Source: a virus | Strand: one strand, 5' to 3' | Length of the DNA stretch: 64,000 bases | IMG/VR virus record: IMGVR_UViG_3300042874_000086 | Coordinates: 25,673-89,672 of that record | In this document: positions 1-11,094 of the stretch, one piece after another | How positions within the stretch are numbered: the first letter of the stretch is position 1 | Layout of the letters: each line of letters begins with the position of its first letter | The notes under the pieces: model-generated | Seen by the model: the letters and a program-made list of their open reading frames with translations, nothing else | Databases searched by the model: none | Told to the model about the DNA's origin: nothing | Made by a program: the position numbers and the translations under genes

Positions 1-378
1 AAGATTGAAACATCATTATCTGTGTTTTTCTCTGAGCAATTATCTTCTGATACTTGGAAATGTGATATTTGCAAACAGAAGCGTTTAGATAATACACGTA
101 ATTGTGGTTTTAAACAAGATGCTCCACACAACCCTGATTTTAAGATTATGGTTAATAAAACTATCTATACGCATTGCCCTATTTTTGATGTAGACAATAA
201 CATAATATCATCTGGTATCGAGGCGTATAACGTACTAAAAGGTAGATTTTTGCCAGATTCTGGGGGTTGGGCAGACCAGACCCAGGCGTTTACCATACTA
301 TCTGTTATTGTAAATAATAAGATTGAAGAGAGAAATAAAATACAAATGGATAAAATGTTAAAAGAAAATAAAAGGTAG
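1..378 (+). CDS. Probable tail assembly chaperone region (5' truncated by window)
   Basis: Frame is open from base 1 and lies directly upstream of the tape measure gene. It has CxxC and LPxxGGWxDQ motifs typical of pre-tape-measure proteins. Confidence 0.5.
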   Translation, partial: KIETSLSVFFSEQLSSDTWKCDICKQKRLDNTRNCGFKQDAPHNPDFKIMVNKTIYTHCPIFDVDNNIISSGIEAYNVLKGRFLPDSGGWADQTQAFTILSVIVNNKIEERNKIQMDKMLKENKR

Positions 379-421
379 CCCCCAATACGATTATAGGGTA
401 ATAAATCCCTAAAGGGCTACA

Positions 422-3400
422 ATGGCTAATACTTCAATTAATATAGACTTAAAGTTTACTGGACAGGGCCTAAGAGGTCTGGAATCGTCATTAGTAAGTT
501 TAACAAAAGATACCCAGAAATTATCTAAAGCGTCGGAAACAATCTTTGCTGGGGACTTAACATCACTTAATAAAACAAAGAAGACTATTGATGGTTTAAC
601 TAATAATTTGGTTGGGTTATTTACTCAATCGCAGGAAGTATCTAAAGCTCTGTCTATTATGGGTCAGGGACTAAAAGGAAAAGAGCTTAACGAGGCGACC
701 TCAGGACTAAGCGCATCCCTAAGAAAAATGGTTAAGTCTAGTAATCTAGAGGGTTTACACTCAGAGTACCTACGAATATCAAGAGCTATGGGGGATGTAA
801 GTCTTACAACTAAGGGTTTACAGCAAGCATTTGCTGGTACTACTGTTGGAATTAAAAATAATATAGAAAACACTATAAGTGCTTTAAAACAATTAGGAAC
901 TAATACTCAAACGTTATCTAATTTCAAAACTAGACTGACGGAAGCAACTACTATTTTAAATAAAACAGGTGATAGTACTTATCTATCGAGAGTAAATAAA
1001 GACTTAGACGCTTCTTTAAAAAATACTTTAAAATTATATGACGCAAGTCAAAAGTTACAGTCTTTACAAATACAGACTAAACCTGTACAAACAGCAGTTG
1101 GTAATTTAGGAGCACTACAGCAAAAGACTGCTTCTGGCACCGCAACCGGGCAGGACGTAACATTAGCCCTTAGGGAGTCCAGCAAGTTGTATGATGAAAT
1201 TAGAGCGAAGGAAAAGGATTTGGAGGCTTCTAGAAGGGCTTCTAATAAGCTCCTTTCTGACAATATTGCATTACTGAAAGCACAAGAAACATCCCTTAAG
1301 ACTACCATTACTAATAAATCGGGTGTTGCAACTCCTACCGACATTTCGGCAGCAAAAAATAAACTTACTGAAGTAACTGCCGAGATTACCAAACTATCTA
1401 ACATAAAAGCCCCTGACGTTTTAGATACTAGGAAAATTAACGCATTTAGTAAAACAGTTCAGGCAACTACTGCAGATGTTACTAAGTTAGCCGGAGAAGC
1501 CGCTAAGGTAAAGTTTGATGTTAACTTGTCAAAGGCCTTGTCTGACGCTAAGAAGTCTGCTGGACAACTAAGCTTGGAGATGCGTGATTTTCAAAAGTCT
1601 GCAGCTACAGGTGTTGCCAGCAGTTTACAGTCTCTACGAGCACAAGCAAGCATAGTTAGGAACGACATAAGAAAGGGTAATGTACGACCGGAGGTGGCTA
1701 AAGAAGACTTAGAGTTACTTAATAAAAAGTTTAATCTGTTAAAACAATTAAATGATTTACAGTTAAAGACTAATGCAGCTACCGGAGTTATGTCTAACTC
1801 TGATATTGCTAAAGTAACCTCTGATATTGCCACGTTATCTAGGAGTGTATCAACTGCTACCGGACCCCTTGGTGTTTTTGCAGAGAGATTTAAAGAAATT
1901 AAGATAGCCGTTTCTGGTAAAATTACTTATGACGCTGGGTATGATAGAATAACCCAATCTTACGAGAAACAAATATTAGCACTCAATAACCTAATAAATA
2001 CAAAACAAAAATGGGCTAGTGACAAGAGTCTAGAGTTGGCTAGACAAAAAGTTAGAGAACTAGAGGACGCACTTAGGGGTGCAGAGGCTCGGAAAAGAGC
2101 ATTTGATTCCGCTTTTTCAGCAGACCCATCAACCGCAGTTAGGAGTGCTGCGTCCGAGGTAACTAGACTTAGGGGTGAACTAAATTCCGCTACTACCAGT
2201 GCTCGCACAGTATCTCAAGCACTGACCGAAATTTCTGGGGTTAAGTGGTTTACTAATATTGCCCAACGTGCGCTGGCGTACTCTGGTTTATTTGGTGGGA
2301 TATATAGTGTCGTTAATACAATCCAAAATGGATTGAAGTATGTTATTGAGTATGACCAAGCTATTCATACCCTATCCGCCGTTTTAGATATGAGCGCACT
2401 GTCAGCTGCAAGGCTAGAGGGTAATTTAGCTAAACTAGGTACACAATACGGCGGGGCTTTAAAAGATATTAATGAGGCCGCACTAACTTTAGGACGTGCT
2501 GGGATTGATAAAGCAGACGTTACTGAGGCCACCGAGGCTGTTATAAAAATGGCTAGACTTACAGGGGATACTTTTGCTACCTCCGCGTCTGCTATGATTA
2601 CTTATAAGGAAGTTTTTGGGAAAGTTAAAGATACTAATACTGGACTAACCCCATCTATTGAAGATTTGGGTAATATGTTAGCATATATGGCTAACCAATC
2701 TCGGATGTCTACTCAAGATATTGGAACATTCTCCAACTATGCTTTGGCCGCCGCTAAATCATCTGGTATGACGGCCGACGCGGTTAGTGCTATGGCAATT
2801 TCATTCTCTAATGCCGGGGTTAATGCTTCTACTATTGGTACACAAATTCGTAGGTTTTCTAGCGTTCTCGCCGAGACTTCTAGTGAGACTGTTAATTTCT
2901 TCGACTCTATTGGAGTAAGTCAAGAGATGATGATGGCCCGTATGAAAATGGGTACAGAAGAGTCTAATAAAGCTATGGCGGAATTCGTGGGGAAACTAAA
3001 AGGTTTAACAGACGCGGAGTTTAGCCAAATTACTAGAGGTATGGATATTCTTGCACTACAATCCCTTACTTTATTACGTAATAATGCTGACGAGTTCTTT
3101 AGACACCTACAAAAGATGCAAGGGGGTGTGGAAGGTGAGATTGATAAAGCTAACTTCATTACAGAAAGTTATGCTATTACGTGGGAAAAGTTAGGAAATA
3201 CTCTAGCACTTTCTTTTAATCAAACTGTAGGTAACTTATTGCCTTTTGGTAAGGCTATGGTCGAGTTTGCTACAGGTGCTCTGAATACTTTTAATGATGT
3301 AGTTACAACCATAATCAAAAACTGGGATATGTTTAAAACTATATTTTTCTCCGTAATCGGAGTTGCTTCGGTAGCGGCAATATCCAGAATATCAATAGCC

Positions 3401-6400
3401 CTAGCTTCTGCTACATTTTGGGCTAGCTCCTTAGGTACGGCGTTAAGGGCAGCCCAGGCTACTATGTTATTTATGTCCCGTACACCAATGGGTATAGTTT
3501 TAAGTGCTGCTGTTATCGCTGCTGGTAGTTTATATGCGTTTATGAGAGATACTAAAGAGGAGGCTGCTGGGTTAGAGGTTGAGGTAGAAAAAGCTAAAGA
3601 GCAAATAAGGGAGTATATAGAGTTAAAAAATAAAGCCCTTAAAGACCAGAATACCGTAGAGGCTGCAAGGTTAGAGTTAGTTATTACGGCGAGACAAGCT
3701 GGGGTAGATAAATTAACTACTGCCATTAATGTTAACTCTGCTTTACTGGAGGCTAAAAATTCTGCAAAAGAGGCTGAGGTATTTTTAACAGCATTTAGAG
3801 ACCAAACATCCTCGGGAGTCCTAACTAAAGTTAGTGGTGAAAAAGCACAAACTGCTCTGGTTACTACAATAGATAGTCATATTACTACTTTGACTAAAAC
3901 ATTAGGTAAAGTAGATAAAGATGATAAAGAAAGAGCAAAAGCTATTCGTAGTTTTATTGACGAATTAGAGCTAAGTAAAAAAAGGGTACAACAGGGTGAT
4001 TTTACTAGCGACGCTAATAAGAAGAATATGGACAAGTGGGTTACTGCACTAGATACTATAACAAAAACTTCTGCACAACTATCTGAGTTCTTAATTAAAA
4101 ACGTAAATCAGACTGGGACTAACCAATTTAAAAAGAGTGAACATTTTGACCCAAAACTTAGGGCACAGTACATGGATGTTTTGTTTCTCAAGAGTAAAAT
4201 AGATACAGGTCAAAATACACTACCAGTTGGAATTAGAGACAACCTAATTAAGATGTCTGGGTATTTAGCTAATATATCGGCTGGTACTGGAAAAAATTAC
4301 GACGTAACCAGTGCTTATGATTCTAGACCCGGTAACGCCAATAGCCAACATCTTAAAGGGGCGGCTGTAGATATCCAAGGGAAAGAAAAAGAGATTACCG
4401 AGGCCGCTGGGTTAGAGGCTATGAGGTATATTGCGTCCCACAGAGAGCTTTTTACTGGTATTGGCCAGGTTATTTTAGAAAAAGTACAATCAGGTAGGTA
4501 TGTACTTCACATGGGGTTGGATGAAAAAGGACAAGGTACATCTTTTGCTAGGGGGTATCAACCAAAAGGTGGTAAATTACAAAACTACGAAAATTATAAC
4601 CCACTTACAAATACTTATGCTACGAGTAAAAAAGGTGCGTCAGCTACTGCCCCATCTTTAAATAACTTACCATTAATACAAGACCCAAATACTGTTATAA
4701 AGTCATCCAGTGGGCTTGTCAGTATGATAAGTGATGAATTCTTACAAAGTATTGAAAAGTATGCGTCAATACTTAAAGAAAACTTTACTAATAACCAAAA
4801 TATTACTAAAGACTCTGGTGTATTATTAAATAAAATAACCAATACTATTGGTAAGATTGAGTCTAGCAGGGCGGTATCTTTACAAAAATTAATTGATTTT
4901 ACCCCTACTGGTGCTAAGGAATTTGCTGAAGATTTTCGTATTAAAATTAGTAAAACTAAAGACCCCCTAGAGGCTCAGGAGGTTATTGGTAAGATAACTA
5001 AAGAGATAAATGCAGCCACTGCTAGTATGACCGAGTCTGAGGCAAGTCCTTATAATGGTGTCATTGCAGCTATGAAGAAATTTGTTAAGTATTCAGAGGA
5101 TATTAAAAATCTTAAAAAAACTTTTACTGAAGTACAAGCTATCGGTAAATTAGATACTACCGAACAGACAAAAGGACTAAACAATAAACTAAATGACCAA
5201 CAACAAAAACATTTAGAAAATGTAAGTGCACTATCGTTAAATCTTTTGCAGTCTCAAGAAGAATATGATAGAGTATTAAATAACACCGTCTCTAATATGG
5301 CAGAGAGTGCAAAATTATCAGAACAAATTTTACGTGAGACTGAATCACTAAAAACATCTGAAACTAGGTTAGAAGGTCTTACAAGACTCCGTGCAGAGCA
5401 TTTAGATAAAATTGCGTACCACAATGCAAATAATGCAGGCGATAAAAAAGAGGAAGAGGCGTTAACAAAAAATCTTGCTAGGATTGATGGGGATATAGCG
5501 ACTACGTCAGGGGTTATTGATAAACACCGGGAAAATATTCTAAAGAATACTGTAAGTTCTGTTAATGCACAAACCACAGAACTCAACTTACTAAGACAAA
5601 TTAACAGGGAATACCAGGATTTCGCTAACGAAAATAACTATCAAGCAAAAAACCAAGAAAGGTTATTACGCGTAGCTAACTCCCAAAAAGCTGGTAGTTT
5701 AGACCCTTATGGTATGGAAATTAATAGGCAAGATATTCAGTACGGCAGGGATACAAAAGCACTAGATGAGAAGTATGGGATGGGATATGATGAATTTAAC
5801 CCTAACGTACAAACCACTCCTTGGTTAGCTAACCAAAAGGGTATTGAGGCTGGTAGACAAGGGGCTAATGCTGGAAAAGCCCTAATAGAAACTATCAATA
5901 AAGATTTTGACGCGGTAGCAAACACCATACAACAAAGAATGTCTACTATAGACGAGCGATATACAAATGAGTCTGCGTATAACCAATCTGGTTTAGATAT
6001 AAATGCTGGGCAACAAAATGCTGATGGAAGCACTATGTATAATCCAGAAGAGCAGATGGCAATAAAAGCCGCACAAGATGAGCTAATGTTACAACAACGT
6101 GCGTCCATAGACGCTAGAATAATAGAAATGGAGAGAGCCAAAGCTGACCTAATAGTTAATGAGAGGAAAAGGGTAGACACTATAGAGGCCGCCTCTTTTG
6201 GACTACGCTTAGGGCAAACTCAACAAATGTTTGATAGTATGCAAAATATCGCCCAAACATACTATACGCTTTCAGGTAATAAGTCAAAAGCAGCCTTTAA
6301 AACTATGCAAGCACTGTCTGTTGCCACTACTGTAATAAAAACATACGAAGCTGCACAAGCAGCTTATGCGAGTACCGTAGGTATCCCATATGTTGGTCCA

Positions 6401-6739
6401 TACCTAGCCCCTGTGGCGGCTGCAGGTGCTATTGCGGCTGGTATGCAACAAGTTGCCCAAATAAAGGCACAAACCTTTCACACAGGGGGGTACGTAGCTA
6501 ACGATAATAGAGCAGGTCTTAGAAGCGACGAAGTTCCTGCTGTTTTACAGACTGGGGAATACGTGCTATCTAGAAACGACATGAAAGCAATTCAAGGGTC
6601 TTCTAAAGGAGTGGGGGTAAGTGCTCCTACCCAACCTTCTGAGGTAGTGGTAGTTAATTCCATAGACCCTTCTATTGTTGAACAGTACCTTTCTTCTAGA
6701 GAGGGAAGACAGATAATTAATAATTCTATTAAACGCTAA
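422..6739 (+). CDS. Tail tape measure protein with an embedded peptidase M15-like domain
   Basis: 2105 aa, Ala/Lys/Ser-rich and helical, with a TP901-type core. C-terminus reads FHTGGYV...DEVPAVLQTGEYVL. Internal motif TSAYDSR..NSQHLKGAAVDI...LHMG. Confidence 0.93.
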   Translation: MANTSINIDLKFTGQGLRGLESSLVSLTKDTQKLSKASETIFAGDLTSLNKTKKTIDGLTNNLVGLFTQSQEVSKALSIMGQGLKGKELNEATSGLSASLRKMVKSSNLEGLHSEYLRISRAMGDVSLTTKGLQQAFAGTTVGIKNNIENTISALKQLGTNTQTLSNFKTRLTEATTILNKTGDSTYLSRVNKDLDASLKNTLKLYDASQKLQSLQIQTKPVQTAVGNLGALQQKTASGTATGQDVTLALRESSKLYDEIRAKEKDLEASRRASNKLLSDNIALLKAQETSLKTTITNKSGVATPTDISAAKNKLTEVTAEITKLSNIKAPDVLDTRKINAFSKTVQATTADVTKLAGEAAKVKFDVNLSKALSDAKKSAGQLSLEMRDFQKSAATGVASSLQSLRAQASIVRNDIRKGNVRPEVAKEDLELLNKKFNLLKQLNDLQLKTNAATGVMSNSDIAKVTSDIATLSRSVSTATGPLGVFAERFKEIKIAVSGKITYDAGYDRITQSYEKQILALNNLINTKQKWASDKSLELARQKVRELEDALRGAEARKRAFDSAFSADPSTAVRSAASEVTRLRGELNSATTSARTVSQALTEISGVKWFTNIAQRALAYSGLFGGIYSVVNTIQNGLKYVIEYDQAIHTLSAVLDMSALSAARLEGNLAKLGTQYGGALKDINEAALTLGRAGIDKADVTEATEAVIKMARLTGDTFATSASAMITYKEVFGKVKDTNTGLTPSIEDLGNMLAYMANQSRMSTQDIGTFSNYALAAAKSSGMTADAVSAMAISFSNAGVNASTIGTQIRRFSSVLAETSSETVNFFDSIGVSQEMMMARMKMGTEESNKAMAEFVGKLKGLTDAEFSQITRGMDILALQSLTLLRNNADEFFRHLQKMQGGVEGEIDKANFITESYAITWEKLGNTLALSFNQTVGNLLPFGKAMVEFATGALNTFNDVVTTIIKNWDMFKTIFFSVIGVASVAAISRISIALASATFWASSLGTALRAAQATMLFMSRTPMGIVLSAAVIAAGSLYAFMRDTKEEAAGLEVEVEKAKEQIREYIELKNKALKDQNTVEAARLELVITARQAGVDKLTTAINVNSALLEAKNSAKEAEVFLTAFRDQTSSGVLTKVSGEKAQTALVTTIDSHITTLTKTLGKVDKDDKERAKAIRSFIDELELSKKRVQQGDFTSDANKKNMDKWVTALDTITKTSAQLSEFLIKNVNQTGTNQFKKSEHFDPKLRAQYMDVLFLKSKIDTGQNTLPVGIRDNLIKMSGYLANISAGTGKNYDVTSAYDSRPGNANSQHLKGAAVDIQGKEKEITEAAGLEAMRYIASHRELFTGIGQVILEKVQSGRYVLHMGLDEKGQGTSFARGYQPKGGKLQNYENYNPLTNTYATSKKGASATAPSLNNLPLIQDPNTVIKSSSGLVSMISDEFLQSIEKYASILKENFTNNQNITKDSGVLLNKITNTIGKIESSRAVSLQKLIDFTPTGAKEFAEDFRIKISKTKDPLEAQEVIGKITKEINAATASMTESEASPYNGVIAAMKKFVKYSEDIKNLKKTFTEVQAIGKLDTTEQTKGLNNKLNDQQQKHLENVSALSLNLLQSQEEYDRVLNNTVSNMAESAKLSEQILRETESLKTSETRLEGLTRLRAEHLDKIAYHNANNAGDKKEEEALTKNLARIDGDIATTSGVIDKHRENILKNTVSSVNAQTTELNLLRQINREYQDFANENNYQAKNQERLLRVANSQKAGSLDPYGMEINRQDIQYGRDTKALDEKYGMGYDEFNPNVQTTPWLANQKGIEAGRQGANAGKALIETINKDFDAVANTIQQRMSTIDERYTNESAYNQSGLDINAGQQNADGSTMYNPEEQMAIKAAQDELMLQQRASIDARIIEMERAKADLIVNERKRVDTIEAASFGLRLGQTQQMFDSMQNIAQTYYTLSGNKSKAAFKTMQALSVATTVIKTYEAAQAAYASTVGIPYVGPYLAPVAAAGAIAAGMQQVAQIKAQTFHTGGYVANDNRAGLRSDEVPAVLQTGEYVLSRNDMKAIQGSSKGVGVSAPTQPSEVVVVNSIDPSIVEQYLSSREGRQIINNSIKR

Positions 6740-6750
6740 AGGACATATAA

Positions 6751-8343
6751 GTGGCTTACCGAATAGGGATTAATAAAAACACCCAAGAAATGTTTAATGA
6801 TATCCACGATGTCTTAGTAGAGGACGGGTGGGAGAAAATTAGTGATGGTCTTATAAACTCTATAAAGACAAGCCGAGGTATTACTTTTAATGGTAATGCT
6901 ATAGCTGTAGAGGGTAAGTATGCTGATACTATTGGGATGTATCTATCCCACCGTAATTCACTAAAGCATTCTGAGTACTCTAGTAGTGTTGTAACAACCT
7001 CACAATACTTTGCAGAGTACCCAACCAACTTCTCATATTCCATGTGGTTTAATATGGCTAATTATAATGAGATGGACCACGCATGGGGTACTGGGGCAGA
7101 TGTTAGTACTAATGGTAATTCCTTACATGTTAACCAAGCTTTTGGGTGTGTGGAGCCGGCTATATACCCGGCGTACAGTGGGATAACCAGCACTTCGGTT
7201 AGATTACGGATTGGTGTTGGTTTAGCCTTTAGGAAAACGGGTCCTGTGGTTTTTGGGCACCATATATCTATATTACCGCTCTTGGAATGTTTTGACTTAA
7301 GCGGGGATATGACAGGTAAATCCTGGATGCACCTTACTATTACTATTGATACTACGAACTCTCTTATGCGAGCGTACTTAAATGGGCAGGAAGTACCATT
7401 TGATGGAGATTTGACACACACTTTCCGACATACAGACTTATTTGGGGCCATTTGGGGATTTAGACCCTCCCACTCTGTTACAATAGATGAAGCAATAGTT
7501 TGGAACACTGTATTATCTCCTGCTGAAGTACTATCTATTTATAATAGCCCAGTTAGTATTCCTAGTACAGACTCAAGGATTTTTGAAAAGTATACGGAAA
7601 ATATTTATACACAAATGGGAGGGTATTATAATAAGACTACGGCTACTGGGGCACAGACCACTTTTAGTATTCTAGCTAATTTAAACAATAACATTGAACT
7701 TAAAACAATGCAGTATGGGTGGGATTCTAGTATTTCTTTTGGGGAAATAAAACGAATGGCTTCTTATATTACCCTACCTAGCACCTCTATGTATATAGCT
7801 GGAGTCCACCCAACAAGCACAGTTCTTAAAAAGTATTGGGTTACCGCTAAAAACGATAGATTAATCATAGCGACAAAACTACACAATATTTCAGCTAACC
7901 GTACAACACCACTATACCAAATTGGGTATATAGGTAGAATTAGTAGTGTAGGTTCTGATGGGCAGAGTATGGCTATTGCTGGTAACACCACAACCTCTAC
8001 ATATTTATGGACTACGCTTAATACGACCGCGTTTAGAAATGGTTTATTATATAATACTAACCTACGATTTAAAATAGGTAGTACTTATATAACACCGAGT
8101 GTTGGGGCAATCACAACAACGCTTTCCTCCTTCGTTTCTATATCTAATTCTGTATTTTTAAACAATATATCCTTATACGACACTACTAATTTATATGGGG
8201 TAGCAAATGGTATATACGCGGTGTCATCCGCACAAACAAACCCAGAAGATGTAATAACCATTAATGCTATTGATTATGTCGTAGTAGATGATGCTGACGG
8301 TACTGCCGTCAGCGGTGTTCGTTTTGCAATTAGATTGGAGTAG
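6751..8343 (+). CDS. Virion/tail protein with a LamG (concanavalin A-like) domain
   Basis: FSYSMWF...WMHLTITID...AYLNG...IDEAIVWNTVLSPAEV pattern; follows the tape measure gene. Confidence 0.7.
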   Translation: MAYRIGINKNTQEMFNDIHDVLVEDGWEKISDGLINSIKTSRGITFNGNAIAVEGKYADTIGMYLSHRNSLKHSEYSSSVVTTSQYFAEYPTNFSYSMWFNMANYNEMDHAWGTGADVSTNGNSLHVNQAFGCVEPAIYPAYSGITSTSVRLRIGVGLAFRKTGPVVFGHHISILPLLECFDLSGDMTGKSWMHLTITIDTTNSLMRAYLNGQEVPFDGDLTHTFRHTDLFGAIWGFRPSHSVTIDEAIVWNTVLSPAEVLSIYNSPVSIPSTDSRIFEKYTENIYTQMGGYYNKTTATGAQTTFSILANLNNNIELKTMQYGWDSSISFGEIKRMASYITLPSTSMYIAGVHPTSTVLKKYWVTAKNDRLIIATKLHNISANRTTPLYQIGYIGRISSVGSDGQSMAIAGNTTTSTYLWTTLNTTAFRNGLLYNTNLRFKIGSTYITPSVGAITTTLSSFVSISNSVFLNNISLYDTTNLYGVANGIYAVSSAQTNPEDVITINAIDYVVVDDADGTAVSGVRFAIRLE

Positions 8344-8349
8344 TCAAGA

Positions 8350-9813
8350 ATGTATACTAAAATTGAAAAAGATGTTTATTACGGAGTTGAGGGGGTAACC
8401 CCTACTATAATTGATTGGTTAGCTACTCAATTTACATCCGCTGGTTGGGTTGTAGATAAAGTTGCTACCGGAATTACGCGATATGATAATGGGCAAGGGT
8501 CTATCTACCCCTTTCGTACAATTAGGATTGGGAGAATACCCTTAATAGGTACAGGCACTTATAGTAATACCTTATACTCCGGTACACATATAAGTAATGG
8601 AGCGTTGGGAGTATTTGAACATTATGGGTGGAAGAGTACAGCAGTAGGGTTCCGGTACTCTTGTACAAATTATGACTATACCAATTTTACTTTTCCTGGA
8701 TATAGCTACCTCACTACCTCGTTTGATATGTTACCCACCTACCCATACAGGCTAGCGATATCCAAATTTCGAAAAAATTTACAAGGAAATATGGGTATAT
8801 TTTGGCAAGCCTCACTAACTGCGGAGCTAGTTAGTATGCGGGTAGGGGGGTTAGAGCTTAATTCTAGTCAGGACGACTCTGGTGTATCAATTACAATTAA
8901 CTCTGACCACAATACTCGTAATATTACATTTAATGATGTAAACACCAGTAAGAAATTACTAGTATATGATACCTATACAGACAACACCAGTTCAAATGTT
9001 TCTGGGTGGTTGTTTGGGGCAACCTCCTTCACGTTGGGTACTCCGATAGCCTTACCTCCAATGAGCACAGAACTTTATGTGCATAGTATTGCTACAAACG
9101 GTGAAAGTTTATATTATTCATTCTACCATGACTGGACGAATGGGTATCTTTATATGTACACAAACAGGGGGTTTGATACAGCATTAGCAGTTAATATACA
9201 GCCTGGTACAGTATCTGCGGCGGACAACTCTGTGTATGACTACCACCGTATAGATTATCTGTTTCAGCACTTTGCTTATACCCCAGTAGACCTATACTTT
9301 TCCGGGGACCAAAACTATTTCTTTTTTAATGTATTTAGTAACTGGACTTCGAGGTATGCAGCAACTAATGTTAACGAGGCTGCGTTCAATAGAAATGAAT
9401 TTCTTTATGGTGGCTCTTTAGATAAAGCGGTGCCTTTCACTGGAGGACAAATATCGCTGGGGTCTCAATATTCCTCCTCACCATTTTACTTATATTATGA
9501 CGGGAATTATTATGGTTCCTCCATTACTACTTCAGTAACTACTAAACAGGGGTATAGTGATATGGTAACGCCTGTTAATTTTACCACCACAAATATTAAT
9601 CTATTCTCAGGTAATGTGTCATTTACCCCATATGTGGCGGGGGTTAACCTAACCCTTAATAACAACGGGGAGTACAAACCACTAGGTTTTGTTAGAAACT
9701 TATATAAATTTTATAAAGCTACACCCCTACAAAATATGACAATAAGACAGGGAACCAAGAAGTTTGCCACGTTCTTTAAGGATACAAATAATAGATATGC
9801 AGTAGAGTACTAA
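8350..9813 (+). CDS. Virion structural protein (tail region)
   Basis: 487 aa, Thr/Tyr/Gly-rich beta-type composition, inside the tail operon. Confidence 0.55.
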   Translation: MYTKIEKDVYYGVEGVTPTIIDWLATQFTSAGWVVDKVATGITRYDNGQGSIYPFRTIRIGRIPLIGTGTYSNTLYSGTHISNGALGVFEHYGWKSTAVGFRYSCTNYDYTNFTFPGYSYLTTSFDMLPTYPYRLAISKFRKNLQGNMGIFWQASLTAELVSMRVGGLELNSSQDDSGVSITINSDHNTRNITFNDVNTSKKLLVYDTYTDNTSSNVSGWLFGATSFTLGTPIALPPMSTELYVHSIATNGESLYYSFYHDWTNGYLYMYTNRGFDTALAVNIQPGTVSAADNSVYDYHRIDYLFQHFAYTPVDLYFSGDQNYFFFNVFSNWTSRYAATNVNEAAFNRNEFLYGGSLDKAVPFTGGQISLGSQYSSSPFYLYYDGNYYGSSITTSVTTKQGYSDMVTPVNFTTTNINLFSGNVSFTPYVAGVNLTLNNNGEYKPLGFVRNLYKFYKATPLQNMTIRQGTKKFATFFKDTNNRYAVEY

Positions 9814-9822
9814 AGGTAAATT

Positions 9823-11094
9823 ATGGCTGATGGATTAGCTCAACCACTAGGACTGTCTGCCACTTCTAATATTGGTACAGTTTTTGCACACTTTAAAAAA
9901 GATAGTACAGTACCTATTATAGGTACGTCCGTACAATCTAATATTGGTACAGTTTTTGCACACTTTAAAAAAGATAGTACAGTACCTATACTAGGTACGT
10001 CCGTACAATCTAATATAGGCTTCCCTAGGGTTTATAATCTGAGGGACGCCTCCTACCTATATATTATCCCTGCCAGTAACTACACCCAGTTTAATTATGT
10101 AAATGATGAAATGTTTATTGGGGTTATATCCTCACATGGTACTTTGTATACCCCCACCCCTACCAATAGAATTGGGTTTTTTATCGATGATTTACAAGAC
10201 GCATTACCTAAGTATTTTGGCCCCAACTCCTATAATGAATCAACCAACAGTGAAACACCTTATGAGGTAGTTACACAAGCAAGCAACAGAGAAGTAAATT
10301 TTGGGGTTATAACAGCGGATAAGACTATAATTTTAGCAATAGAAAATAATAGACTAGATAATATAATTCTAACGTCCCACACGGTACCTACAGAATTTGG
10401 GTGTGTAATATCAGGAGTAGATATAGGGCAGGTAATACCCCCAAATACTACTGTATACCTAATTATTACCGCAAAACTAATGGTAGGGTTGGAGGAAATA
10501 GCTGCGTGGTGCCCTATATACTTTGATAAAGTTACTATCAATGTATTTGTAAATATAACCAGACAACCAACCGTGGTGTACTCTATGTTTCCTGATAGAG
10601 ATTCTTATAAAGAATCTTATACCTTCAAGACAAATATATTTGAATCAACCTCCGGAAGAGAGACCCGCCAAACTACACTAAGTACCCCTAAAGTGGCTAT
10701 TGATTACTCTATCACTACAACTAATGTTAGGGAGACTGGGTTTGTATTAAACAATTTATATACGGGGATAGGCTCTATTATGTATCAACCTTTGTGGGCA
10801 TTTGCTACAACCCTAACTACCGAGGCCATTAATACTAATGTGTTATTGTGTGATACTTACACAGGTGTATTTTCTGTAGATAGTTATTGTGGTGTATACT
10901 TAGACGAGTTTACTGTTATATTGATGCGTATTCAGAATATATCTATAGGTAGTTTAGAATTGACCAAAAATACATCTGCACCCGCGGGGGCTTATGTAGT
11001 ACCTTTAATAGTTGGTACCCCTAATACCTCAGCTGCCTATAATTATAGTGTAAGTACCTCAAGTAAAATAAAAATGTCATTGGTGGAATTATGA
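9823..11094 (+). CDS. Tail (distal-tail-like) structural protein
   Basis: ESYTFKTNIFESTSGRETR motif; tail operon position. Confidence 0.55.
   Translation: MADGLAQPLGLSATSNIGTVFAHFKKDSTVPIIGTSVQSNIGTVFAHFKKDSTVPILGTSVQSNIGFPRVYNLRDASYLYIIPASNYTQFNYVNDEMFIGVISSHGTLYTPTPTNRIGFFIDDLQDALPKYFGPNSYNESTNSETPYEVVTQASNREVNFGVITADKTIILAIENNRLDNIILTSHTVPTEFGCVISGVDIGQVIPPNTTVYLIITAKLMVGLEEIAAWCPIYFDKVTINVFVNITRQPTVVYSMFPDRDSYKESYTFKTNIFESTSGRETRQTTLSTPKVAIDYSITTTNVRETGFVLNNLYTGIGSIMYQPLWAFATTLTTEAINTNVLLCDTYTGVFSVDSYCGVYLDEFTVILMRIQNISIGSLELTKNTSAPAGAYVVPLIVGTPNTSAAYNYSVSTSSKIKMSLVEL
9865..10016 (+). repeat. In-frame 72-bp tandem duplication (24-aa unit)
   Basis: Near-identical units start at 9865 and 9937, with a partial third at 10009. 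Confidence 0.9.

Noticed and set aside
664-7991. Many antisense ORFs within the tape measure and tail genes (and similar shadow ORFs elsewhere)
   Set aside because: They fully overlap long sense genes, lack RBSs and recognisable motifs, and are expected from codon bias.
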